This document shows, in pieces, positions 1 to 10,641 of a stretch of 64,000 nucleotides of DNA. Positions within the stretch are counted from its first letter, which is position 1. Each line of letters starts with the position of its first letter. The notes below the pieces were generated by a model. The model was not told the DNA's origin. It worked only from the letters and a program-made list of their open reading frames with translations, and did not search any database. A program made the position numbers and the translations under genes. Source of the DNA: Amoebophrya sp. A120 (taxonomy: Eukaryota; Protista; Dinoflagellata); contig CAJINV010000003.1 of assembly GCA_905178155.1 (NCBI GenBank), positions 1,080,968 to 1,144,967 on the forward strand, given 5' to 3'.

Positions 1-863
1 CTCTTATTTGTCTACTTATCATATACTTTATTCCCTTCTCCATATGTTTTGCTTTATTTGGCTTGTATTTAAATTCGTCGTAGATTGCCATATGAAGTCC
101 AGCAAGATCCTACAAGCGCAGACCGGTTGTACGAGAACAAAAGGCAGGACCCCTACAACCAAGCACCGCTGGGTACTGCGCGCCATGCATGGGGGTCCCA
201 TCTTCCCAGTAAAAAGCGTATAGAAGCAAAGTCGATCAATTTCGCGGACGTATCCGCGAAATTTCAAAGTGTTTTTCTTTTTTCCCTTCAAGCAGGAGCA
301 TAATAAACTACGTCGGTTTACAACGGTATAGATACACAAAGCCTACAGGCAGGTCCTCTGCTGAGGAGATCGCAAAAGAAAAGCAGATGCCAAGAAATGC
401 TTGAATGATGGTTTTCCGCAACCGAGCCCAGGCGGATGACCGCAGAAAAGATTTGGTGTGCGGGGTTGCCTGGTAAAGCGCCCAAATCCGCGAAATTTTA
501 AAATTTTACTTTTATCGCAGACCAATATCAAATCGAGCTTTGGAAATGCGATCTCATAGCACAGTGCCGATCTGTGGAACGAAAAGAAAAAAGCTTCTGC
601 AGGTTCTTTGTTTTCGCAAGCTTACAGAAAGGCGTGTGTCATCATGGGTCGCCCACCTGGACATTTTTTGTTTTCAAAACTTTGTTTGTATCTAATACGA
701 AGCAACGGAACAAATCGGCGCGCTTCTGCGGTCCGAGGATAGCTTATGCCTTTCCTTGAAGCAGAATTATTTATGATCCACAGCAGTAAAACCAAAATAG
801 TTGTGAGAGAGTTATATTTATACGTGCAAACGACTTCCGGAACCGGTACATTCAGCAACGCCA

Positions 864-3405
864 TTAACTCCGTGATCGTCGGCCGGTCCTCAGGGCAGAA
901 TCTTGATTATGCAATGCAAATAAGGTATTGCACACAAACGCGAAGCGCCACGAGCAAGACACACGGACCTCAAGAAACGCGGCCCAAGGCCAAGAAGCGT
1001 TAAAACCTCCTCCAACAAGAAAACCAGCCTCCAGCATCAGTAGTTGCAGTTGGCCCAGTGGTGCTTGCTTCATCAGGTGTGCGCGCAATACATGTACAAC
1101 TTCTGCTTTGCATATTAGCATGGAAAACACGATTTTCCGCCCAAAATCGCCGTAGTGTTCCAGGATTTTCCGCCATTTACTGGCCAGCTTCCGCAGCTCG
1201 TCGTGCTGCGCGTGGAGGGCAGGAGGAAGAAACTGCGTTTTGAACCCGAAAGTCGCATCAATCGGCGCTTCCTCGAACTCCAGCGGAATGTCGCAGAAAC
1301 CCATGCACCCGGGCTGTGCCTGTTTCGCGACCCGGGTGGGTTTCTTGTCCGCGGTAGAGGGGTGGTTTCCCGCCTCCGTAACCAGCATGTGCAGCCCGGC
1401 GGACTGCAGCTCCTGCCCGAAAGATCCGATGAACCGCGCCGTGCCGCAGGGGGTTTCGGAGGTCGTCGTTGAGCTTGAGGAGGAGGCCTTCAACATACTC
1501 CCATCGGCGGGGCGGTCCAGGATCCTTTTACTTTCGTCTGCTCCCTTGTTCATCAGATCCACTAAAAAAACCGCGAGCATGCCGATGTCCACCTGCTTGC
1601 CGAACCGAACCGGATCGGGCTGCTCCAAGATGCGGGCCTTGTAGGTCCCGAGCCGCGTAATTGGGTTCAACGTCTTTTCGCGCAGTTCCCGCGCCGCGTT
1701 CTGCTCCTCCGGCGACGGCATCTTGAGCATCGTCCGAATGTAGTCCGACAACCGCCTCCCGCGGTTTTCCTTCTTCTTGCTGAACACCCCGGGTTTGCCC
1801 AGGACGTCGAAATGGTGGTCGATTTGCTATCAAATGCAAATGCTTATGCCTGGGTCTGGAAGGTTGCAAATTGTCGTGCTTTCTTCGGATCATAAAAAAA
1901 CTTTCATGGCGTGACCAGGAAGAGGAGTCCAGTCTGTGCTACGCGGGAAGCGAGGGCATTGATTTGTCATCCATGCGGAGCGAATAAGTACTTACGCATC
2001 AGGATGCCCTCCAAGAAACAGAAGCCGGCGACGCTTACGCTAGGTCATGCATTACAAACATCATGGGCCACACACAACTTGCATGACAAGCCTGGCAATC
2101 TTCCAGGCTCGGGCATATTTGCACGCGATATCTGTTCGAAGTTCACAAGTTCCGGCAGGAACGAGTGCTCTTGCGTCGGCGGGTTGTCATCTGAAGCACA
2201 CGAAAACTCCCCGATCTGCACCCGGATGCCTTTGCCGCCGTCTGTGAACAGATGGAGCAGGGTATCTTCCGTGATGTCCCTGTGATAGACATCATTCACA
2301 TGGAGTATCAAATGTAAAAATGTCTGCGTCTGGAAGAATCCAAGTTTGTCATGCCTGTCTGGCATGACTCTTAAATCTGTCATGCACATTACCAAAGAGC
2401 CCCACTTTTCTGTCATGCAGAGACGTAGTTTGTCACGCAGAATAGGCAACATCTAGAAGCTCACAAACTTGTCATGCTGAGCCAGCAATTGTCGCCTCCT
2501 CATGATACGGCGCACAGCATCACAAGTCTCCAGACCCAGACACTTTTACATTTGATATGGAGCACATGCAACCCATTCGCCACCTGGTTCGCGATTGGCC
2601 GGATGAAGGCCTTCGTCTGTTCCTCGGTCAACTGCCTTGCCGCGAAGCTCTGAAGCCGCGGAAAAACAGCGAAGACCGTGTCCATCCGCGGGCCATCGAA
2701 GAACATGTGTAAAGGCGCCAGCAGGCCAGCGGGCTTGTGTAAGGCGAGCGAGGCCAGCAGTTGGAGCTCGACCAGCGGTTTGCGCTGGGGCCAGGTTTTG
2801 TCGCGCTGCGCGGTCGACAACACCGGCGACTTGAAGATCACCTCCTTTACCGCTGCTCCTCCGTGGTCGAAGACGATCGGGGGATGCACTTGTGCCACCC
2901 GGTACGTGCTGTACTTCCCAAACTGCACCTGCTTTGAGAAGCTGTGGTAGACTCGCGCTTTTTCCTCGGTAGTCCGCGGAACGGGGAGCACAATCTTCTC
3001 GTTAGCCGGAAAACGCTGAACTGCGGCGGCCCCGCAAGCTGCGAGCAGATCCCCGGGCTCGGTGCCAAGGCACGACACGTCGTCCTCCTGCAGCAATTTT
3101 TCCGGTAGCAATTCCGGAATCAGGTCCGGGTTCAGAGAGCCCGCCAGCGACTCCAGCGCCGATGTGTTGCTAATAGACATAGGGGGGAGAAGGGCGCAGG
3201 AATTGCTAGTTTGCAACGACGGTGCCGCTGCCCCGGTGGACGCCGGCTGCTGATTGTTGCTGGAGGTGCCGAGGGCATCGGCGGATGAAAGAACCCCGTG
3301 GCTTGCTTTTACCGCCCCTGCAGCACGCGGGGGGGCCTTCAAAGACTTAGTTTCAATTTTAGCCCGCTTGGCCCCTGGAGATCGTGATGTGTCTCCTCTG
3401 GCCAT
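864..3405 (-). CDS. Protein kinase-fold protein, probably a pseudokinase; 3 exons separated by two TIR introners
   Basis: ORFs 2500..3405, 2045..2452 and 864..1787 join in frame after element removal: NGLHVLH-VNDVYHRDI and PELVNFEQ-IDHHFDVLGKPG. Motifs: HRDI; EFS at the DFG position; LPE at the APE position; subdomain IX-like QVDIGMLAVFLVDLM. Confidence 0.75.
1828..2130. mobile_element. Degenerate family A TIR introner, 303 bp
   Basis: Left end TATCAAATGCAAATGCTTATGCCTGGGTCTGGAAG; right end CTTCCAGGCTCGGGCATATTTGCACGCGATA. Imperfect TSD TTTGC/TCTGT. Removal restores the kinase frame. Confidence 0.75.
2306..2557. mobile_element. Family A TIR introner, 252 bp
   Basis: TATCAAATGTAAAAATGTCTGCGTCTGGA ... 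TCCAGACCCAGACACTTTTACATTTGATA. TSD TGGAG at 2301-2305 and 2558-2562. Removal restores LH-VNDVYHRD. Confidence 0.92.
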
Positions 3406-4334
3406 CTTGGATAAGCTAAAGGGTGCGACAGAGTCAGTAACTGAAACACAACCAGATTGATATTACAATGCGGAGTGTTAATACCTTGAGGAGATGAGTA
3501 AAGGATCAGCTAGTATGCTATCGAAATCGAGGCAAAGAAGGTTGCAAAATACGAGCCACTACCAGCTCAAACAAAAAATGCTAGATTTTGGTCGAAAGTG
3601 AGTTTGGTACATTATAATCAAAATCATATTTTTATCTGGAAACCACGTCAAAAAGACAAAGTACAGACTAGAAGCAGCACAAGAAGCACTCTGACGTCAT
3701 GTTGGTCATACGGTAGTTACATACTAGAAAGAAGCAAGTAAATCGACGCAGCCGCCCAAAGAGGCTCGAGTCAATCTCGAGTCGAAGGTTTGCAAGAGAT
3801 CATGCGAACAAGCACACGAAGACGAAGTACGAAGTATCTATGATCTTCTTTTTCACGACGATCCCCGTTGTCATTCTTATCGTTAGCTCTCTACAGTCCC
3901 CCAAAACATTTGTTTTTAAAGCGTCAACGATGGAACAAAGAGGACGTACCCGATACGAATAAAATACGACTTCTTCCCTCGCCAATTCAGACGCTCACCT
4001 TCTACGAGTCTAATGAAACTCAACGGAAATTTAAAGTGTATGCGTTTTTGGTCGATGACATGAACATATCGTTACTGAGAGACACGGTCACGACAGATCA
4101 CTTACTTTGACCACCTGCAGACAGAAACAACTACCAGGAGCCGTTCTTCCACTCACAGCTGGGGACGTTGGCGTTCTATCTGCAACAAATCCGTGATCCT
4201 ATCTTCCTTATCGTGATCTATCTTTCTGCAGCAGATCCGTGATCCTCGTCATCGTCACGTGCCAATGCCATACTTTTAGAAGTTTATCAAATCGATATAA
4301 AGCATGATGCTACCTGCTGATCAATTACTGGGAG

Positions 4335-4914
4335 CCCGGGGATCCCGCAGTACCCATCGGGAGAAAGGTTTCGCAAGACCGCAAAAGCTGCCAAAACTGC
4401 GAATCCAACTCCCGATCTGTTTCACGGGATCCCCCGGGACCGGGCGGGCCCCGGGGATCCCGCAGTACCCATCGGGAGGCAGGTTTCGCAAGACCGTAAA
4501 AGCTGCCAAAACTGCGAATCCAACTCCCGATCTGTTTAACGGGATCCCCCGGGACCGGGCGGGCCCCGGGGATCCCGCAGTATCCATCGGGAGAAAGGTT
4601 TCGCAAGACCGCAAAAGTTGCCAAAACTGCGAATCCAACTCCCGATCTGTTTCACGGGATCCCCCGGAACCGGGCGGGCCCCGGGGATCCCGCAGTACCC
4701 ATCGGGAGAAAGGTTTCGCAAGACCGCAAAAGCTGCCAAAACTGCGAATCCAACTCCCGATCTATTTTACGGGATCCCCCGGGACCGGGCGGGCCCCGGG
4801 GATCCCGCAGTACCCATCGGGAGAAAGGTTTCGCAAGACCGCAAAGGTTGCCAAAACTGCGAATCCAACTCCCGATCTATTTTACGGGATCCCCCGGGAT
4901 CGGGCGGGCCCCGG
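4335..4914. repeat. Tandem array of 5 x 115-bp GC-rich units, each an imperfect inverted repeat
   Basis: GATCCCGCAG recurs at 4341, 4456, 4571, 4686 and 4801. The copies are nearly identical. Confidence 0.95.
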
Positions 4915-5193
4915 CACCAGGCTCGAACCGAGGACATCAACGATCGTAGACGAAAGAGAACAAGGTGGTCCCGCCTGTGCTTTGCACTAGTTGTACTAGA
5001 ATGATGATGCAGCTTCTTGTTCTTACAAGACACCAGCATGGGAGCAGCATCAAATGCAGCTTTGATAGTATTGATGGCCTACCCACTTGTTGATACAGCG
5101 AGAGCATTGCTTGCAATAAAAATGAATCGCAATGTCCACAAAAAAAGTTCGTATCCATCAAAGTTCAAATAGAGACACCCGGCGGTGGTCGTG

Positions 5194-8100
5194 CTATGCA
5201 CTCTCATACCCGCGGGCCATCGCGTCCGGGTAGCCTTCCCAGAACAGCAGCAGTTCGCCAGGGTAATGCGGCTGGTCTTCCTCCATCAACCGGTAATCCG
5301 CATTCGGGTGCCCCATGACGTACCGGAAGTCTGCGGCCCGGCTGTGCCGTTCCACGGCCCGCTGTCGTGCCTCCTCGACGTGCAGCAGACACTGGTCACC
5401 CTCGGTTGCCTTTCCCTCCGCGTCCGGCTCGTCTCCCAAGCGGTGCACGAGCAGCGGCACCGGCTGGCTGCTCGACCGGTTGTTGCCCGAGGAGGACACC
5501 ACCCCGACCGCGCCCCTTCGCTCGCTTCTGCTGATGTCCACCATGCAGGGCAGGTGGTCCGCGAATTTATTTTCGCCGTGCGGGTTGAGCAAGAGGGTGT
5601 CGCCGCCGGCGCTCTCGATCTGGTCGCGGGTGCGCGGGTACAAGTTAAAATCCTCGCCCCGGGGCGCGAACCGTGCGTAATCCACCAGTCGGTTGTTCAA
5701 GTGCGCGGACTGCTTCGTTGGGTCCACCGGATCTAAGATCAGCACGTCCCCCTCTTCGTCGGCGTCCAGAAAGTTCTCCACGTCGAAGTTCCGCTGTTGC
5801 GGGAACACCTTCCAGTCGTGGCGCGGCGCGGATTTGTCGAAGGAACGGACCTTGTAGGAGCTTTTAGAAGTTGTAGCATCTTCTTGTTTCAGACGAGCCT
5901 CCGCTGGGGCGCTACCGGCCCTCGTTGCCGCCGCGCCGAGCATTTCCGAACTCGTACCGAACCGCCACGGTTCGCGAGAAACCAAGATTTTCCGGGACCT
6001 CTTCTGTTTCCGTTCCTCGACGTCCGCGAAGTCGGCAAAGTCAATGTGCCTGCTGAAGTTTCTACCCCGAAACGCTCCCGCGTCGCTGCCGCTGGTCGGG
6101 CCAAAGGACACGCAGTCGGGCATCAAGGCTTCCCGGGCGTACAGCCGGTCCACGGTGCGCTCCCGGTTCAGGTTGAGCCGTCGGGTCTTAATTGGGGAAA
6201 GGCTGCGCGTTATCAGCGCCGTCCGAGCGCGTTTCAGCCGCACCAGCGCGTCGTGGAGATTCCGCCCCAGCGGGCGTCGGTCGTACTGTACCTTTGCGGC
6301 TTTGCGTCCGGTTGCCCGCGAAAAGGACAGGGCTTGCGGTGCGGTCCGCAGCCGGAACCGGTTGAAGGCATTAGTCGCATCGTACGTGTTCGGCCCCAGG
6401 TGCCGATACTTGCCCACTTCCCGCAAGTAGGAGAAATCCGCGCGGGACCCCGTCTTCTGCAGCTTCTGCAACCTGCTGCTATACACAGGCGGAGCGAAAC
6501 TGAAAGCACTGATGTGCCTGCTCCCCGGTAATTTCCGGCGAGAAGCTGCTGGGCCACCGTCCTGCAAGTCGCTGGCGCTATCGACGGTCGACTTGGAATG
6601 TAGTTTCTGGTCACCAGCTGTGAAGTCACTGTCGTTGTAGAACAGCATCGTAGACGCCGACGGCTGGACTGCGTAGTTGCTCCGCTCAACAGCTCCAGCA
6701 TCCCCATTCCGTTTGCGAGTTTGTACAACGACCTTTGAAGCGCAGCCGTATTCCAGTGTGTGCAGGTTCTCGTAGGGTAGCACGCCGACGGTGACGGGAC
6801 CTTGGGTGCCGCTCTTCCGCACGATACGAAGAATTCGGTAGCGCTGCGGTCCGTGCTTGAAGGAGTGCGTGGCCACCCGGCGGTGATGGGAGGCCAGCTT
6901 CTCCTCGATCTCGTACTTGCCTGGACCGAGCAGCGCTGCAGCCTTCTCCTTCTCCACCTTACTCGGTATCGATTTTTCCTCCGTAGTTGGCTTTCGGTAC
7001 CGCACAGTACCTTTGGCATTTTGTCCAAACGGTTTCGCGATATCGTAGGATCCGGGGCCCAGGTGCGCACTGGGATCTTCCTCTTCGCTTTCCGAGTTGG
7101 TAGCGTCTGTGTCGCTCTCTGCCGTATCTTCGTCATGATCCAGAGCCGCACTGTACTCGTCCTCGAGTGTTGTTCCTTGATGTGCCACACAACTCCCATC
7201 AAGTTGTGAAGACTTGTCGCCGACCAGATTTGAGGTCGGAGCTACTTTAATGTTTCGTTTTTTTCTAGCTCTGTTCTGCGGTGCACGCCCGGTCACGCGT
7301 GCTGCGGGGGCGAAGGAGAACTTGTGTTTCAGCTCGGTGTCGATGTCGCAGTGCGTGAGTGGCCGCTCTTCCAGCAGCTGCTGGTTACGGACCGACTCGG
7401 TCGGCACACGGGGCGGCGCAGCGGGTCCGGCCGCACCAATGTAGCCTCCCCGCCGCGGCGCGACGGACGGTTCCTCCGAAAGGCGCGTGATGGTCGACAG
7501 ATTTTCACCGTATTCATCGTCGAAAGCGAAGCTATCATCAGTCGTCTGGTTCTTCTGCTGGCGCCGCGACGAAACTGGACTCGTCCCGACTAGCCGCTTC
7601 GCCTTCCCAAATGTGCCCCCGCGGGCTGGATTGGACCGCGCTGCGGCATCGTACTTGGGGTTGTAGTGGCCCGGACCAGGAGAATCGTCCTCGTCGGAAG
7701 ACGTCGAATAAAGCAGCTCCGAAGGGGGCAGGATGGTTGAGGCCTCCTCAGACAGAAACGTTGTGTTTACTGCCCGCAGTGCTCCGCGGTGCTGCTTCCC
7801 CCGCCGTTTCTTTACCGGTGACGGTGTGCGCGACTTGAGTCGCTTCTGGCTACGAAAAGTAGAACTTTGCTGCTGCTGTTCCTGAAGCTGCTTTCGCTTG
7901 CGTTTCTGCTCCAAGAATATCGCACGATTTTTTTTTCTTACTTCTAAGGCCTTTCTCTCCTCGTTGGCCCGGAGAACGCGCGTCGGAGATAAAGAGCGGT
8001 CCACCCCGCCAGACGCGAAGTCGCGCACCATGGCCGCCGCGTCACGAAAGAGCGGGTCTCCGGCTCCGGTGGAGAGTCTCGCAGCCTCGGCACGCAGCCG

Positions 8101-9876
8101 ATTTTCTTCTCGGCGTCTCGCACTGGTTGAGCGCAGTCCAAGGTTCCTGGTTTGCTGCGAAACGAACTGCCGCTCCTGCGCTGGGTCGCGCGACGCTGAT
8201 CGTGAGCGTCCCGCTGAATGCATCCGTTCTGCAGAACGCCGCTGCGCCAGAATCCGTTGCATATTCGTCAGCTCTTGTCGCACCCCGGCAAAGTTTTCTG
8301 CTTGTAGTTGCCCAGTTGGAAGATTCTCTTGCAAACGAGCCGTCGTGTGCACTTTCAGAATACCCTTCGGCTTTGATTTGACACTCGAGCGCTTGCTTGC
8401 AGCTGCTCTCCCTTCCTCAGGCTCGTCAAAGATTCGTGCAGACCGGGCGGCTCGCCGCGTTGACAGTGCGTCAATGCTAGGGTACAGCAACGCGGGCTGT
8501 GGTTCTGGTTCCTTTGCACCCACCACCGTGGATTCTTGGTCCGCATTCGCTGCGGATGATGTGTCTACAGTTCCGCCTGAAGGACTTTTTGACTTGACCT
8601 TGACAGAACGAGCAGTCGCTGTCTTAGACGGCCGCGCTTTCTTCTCACTGTTCTTGCTCTCCCGGTCCCGCTTCGAATCTTCTGTTATTTCTCCTTGTTC
8701 TGGACTGAAGGCGAAAACACTGCGTCCCCGGGGCACGTTGTCCGCTGTCCTCAGCGTAAAGGGATCTGCGACAGTGGACTTGGAGGAGGGCGCGGAGGCG
8801 TTCGCGGGTTGATGTCCAGTCCGGACGTGAAGATCCTTAGCCTTTTTCTCCAGGCTTATGCTTCTCGTGATCGCGTTGACCTCACCCGCCACGAACCCGG
8901 GCGGCCGTTGGTTCAAAGCGCTCGTCACGTGCCCCAGCGTTGCGTCCACGACAGCTTGAGCGCGAACGTCGCTTCGCAAAGCTTCCGGATCATCGTTGAC
9001 ATTGGCAAAAAAAAGTCGCTCCACTTCGGTTTTAGAGATCATCGGCACTCCGGCTGCTGCATCAGTATTCTTATTTTTCTCCGCTCGCTCCGCCTTGATC
9101 TCCTGCCGCTTCTGCGCCAACTCACGACGCAGCTGCAAATTCAGAATGGGTCGCGGGGGGCGCAAGGCGTCCCACTCGCGCAGCGCGGCTCGCACGTCAG
9201 ACTTGCCCTGAACCCGCAAAAGCCGGTCGCCCGCGCGAACCACCTGGCCGTACGCAATGTTCTCCAGCGCCCTGGCGTTGTGCAGGTCGACGACAGAATT
9301 CTCCTCGATCTCCAGAATTTCGCCCGTGTCGTAGCGTAGGCGGAGCCCTAGCTTCTTGGACTTATTCTGAGAGGTTTTTTTGTGCCGCTCGACATGATTT
9401 TGTTCTTCGTCCGGTGGCTCCTGAACCTGGATTTCGCGGAGTTCGAAACCCAGCAAGTGGCTCCGGGAAGAACGTGGAAAGGACGGAGCGGCCGTGGACG
9501 TTGTGTTGAGGGCGTCTCTGTGCTGCAGTGCGTGCTCGTTCTGATCATCCTCCTTTCCAACAGCCGCGTATTTTTCATCGCTGACATGTTCGTTGAACCG
9601 CTGTGCTTGCGGAAACGAGAATCGGTTTTTCCCAGATTCCGCGCCGAAAACGGACACCGGGTCGGCAAAGGTGCTAAACGCCGATTGGTTCTCGGAATAG
9701 TCCAACGAACTGCGGACTGGTCCAGGCGCGAACGAAGACGTGTGCACCAGACGCTCCAGCGCTGCCAACTGCTCGTCAAAATCGTCGAATTGCGTGTCCA
9801 AAGACGTCGGCCCTTGGTGGTCCTCAACAGCCTCCATTGGGCGATTGTCTGGGGTAGTACCTTTCTCTGCACCCAT
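5194..9876 (-). CDS. Large low-complexity protein with an N-terminal PDZ-like segment and PGP(G/N)xY (SHIPPO/STPGR-like) repeats
   Basis: Uninterrupted ORF of about 1560 aa from ATG 9876. Repeats SPGPGHY, LGPGSY, LGPGKY and LGPNTY. PDZ-like segment KLGLRLRY...VRAGDRLLRVQG. Confidence 0.7.
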   Translation of the reverse strand: MGAEKGTTPDNRPMEAVEDHQGPTSLDTQFDDFDEQLAALERLVHTSSFAPGPVRSSLDYSENQSAFSTFADPVSVFGAESGKNRFSFPQAQRFNEHVSDEKYAAVGKEDDQNEHALQHRDALNTTSTAAPSFPRSSRSHLLGFELREIQVQEPPDEEQNHVERHKKTSQNKSKKLGLRLRYDTGEILEIEENSVVDLHNARALENIAYGQVVRAGDRLLRVQGKSDVRAALREWDALRPPRPILNLQLRRELAQKRQEIKAERAEKNKNTDAAAGVPMISKTEVERLFFANVNDDPEALRSDVRAQAVVDATLGHVTSALNQRPPGFVAGEVNAITRSISLEKKAKDLHVRTGHQPANASAPSSKSTVADPFTLRTADNVPRGRSVFAFSPEQGEITEDSKRDRESKNSEKKARPSKTATARSVKVKSKSPSGGTVDTSSAANADQESTVVGAKEPEPQPALLYPSIDALSTRRAARSARIFDEPEEGRAAASKRSSVKSKPKGILKVHTTARLQENLPTGQLQAENFAGVRQELTNMQRILAQRRSAERMHSAGRSRSASRDPAQERQFVSQQTRNLGLRSTSARRREENRLRAEAARLSTGAGDPLFRDAAAMVRDFASGGVDRSLSPTRVLRANEERKALEVRKKNRAIFLEQKRKRKQLQEQQQQSSTFRSQKRLKSRTPSPVKKRRGKQHRGALRAVNTTFLSEEASTILPPSELLYSTSSDEDDSPGPGHYNPKYDAAARSNPARGGTFGKAKRLVGTSPVSSRRQQKNQTTDDSFAFDDEYGENLSTITRLSEEPSVAPRRGGYIGAAGPAAPPRVPTESVRNQQLLEERPLTHCDIDTELKHKFSFAPAARVTGRAPQNRARKKRNIKVAPTSNLVGDKSSQLDGSCVAHQGTTLEDEYSAALDHDEDTAESDTDATNSESEEEDPSAHLGPGSYDIAKPFGQNAKGTVRYRKPTTEEKSIPSKVEKEKAAALLGPGKYEIEEKLASHHRRVATHSFKHGPQRYRILRIVRKSGTQGPVTVGVLPYENLHTLEYGCASKVVVQTRKRNGDAGAVERSNYAVQPSASTMLFYNDSDFTAGDQKLHSKSTVDSASDLQDGGPAASRRKLPGSRHISAFSFAPPVYSSRLQKLQKTGSRADFSYLREVGKYRHLGPNTYDATNAFNRFRLRTAPQALSFSRATGRKAAKVQYDRRPLGRNLHDALVRLKRARTALITRSLSPIKTRRLNLNRERTVDRLYAREALMPDCVSFGPTSGSDAGAFRGRNFSRHIDFADFADVEERKQKRSRKILVSREPWRFGTSSEMLGAAATRAGSAPAEARLKQEDATTSKSSYKVRSFDKSAPRHDWKVFPQQRNFDVENFLDADEEGDVLILDPVDPTKQSAHLNNRLVDYARFAPRGEDFNLYPRTRDQIESAGGDTLLLNPHGENKFADHLPCMVDISRSERRGAVGVVSSSGNNRSSSQPVPLLVHRLGDEPDAEGKATEGDQCLLHVEEARQRAVERHSRAADFRYVMGHPNADYRLMEEDQPHYPGELLLFWEGYPDAMARGYESA

Positions 9877-10641
9877 CTTCGGTAATGAAAACCTGCTCCT
9901 GGAAAAACCAACCAAAACCTTGCAACTGCAAGACTACATCCGATTCGGAGAATGAAAGACAGGTTTACTAGACCAGCCTACTCTCGCCGTTGCAAAACGA
10001 AAATCAAACGGGTGCAGCTGCCTTCAGCTGTACTTCTTGTTCTTCCTTTTGCGGTTTTGATTTTACATTATTGTGCAACTCTGTACAGCTCGAGCTCGAA
10101 TGAACGAGTTCTCTCGCCCGGCCTCAGCGCTGACGCTTCTTTTTGGTTTTGCGCTCCGTCACCGTCATAGTTCCAACCTAAAGATAAGAAGAAATTCTAC
10201 TCTGAAAAAACGATGACTGTGTGCACATTTGACAATCTCTCCCAAAAGAGCCATACTGGCAATCGCACACCCAGTCTCTCCAAGCGAACAAGAAATCACA
10301 AGCGAACAAGCTCTCTCAACAAGGGGATCGCACGCCCTCGTGGTCGTGGGTGCGGCAGCTATTTTATTTTGTCAGGTTTTTTTCTTGTTCCAGTTGAAGA
10401 AGGAGGGGACTTCAACGCCTGTATCTATCGTACAATTTAGGAAGTGCAACGGCAAAACAAGCAATCCGGCGGACTCATAGCTATTTGCATCTCAATCTTG
10501 TTAACAACACCGTCGAGGTCGTTCACATTTGGATTTGCGTACAACTGCAAGAAATCAGAAACATCAACATCATACACAGGGAATACTGCAAAAGGTGACG
10601 AAGGCTGCTGCATACTTTTTATTTGGGATTCAAAACCGGTT

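Noticed and set aside
238-498. Hairpin AATTTCGCGGA-CGTA-TCCGCGAAATT and a second ATCCGCGAAATTT at 486
   Set aside because: Too short, with no definable TIR or TSD boundaries, so no element can be supported.
4335-4914. CRISPR array or coding repeat (ORFs 4304..4990, 4618..5004)
   Set aside because: Units are near-identical end to end with no variable spacers or cas genes. The 115-bp period is not a multiple of 3, so the ORFs are repeat artefacts.
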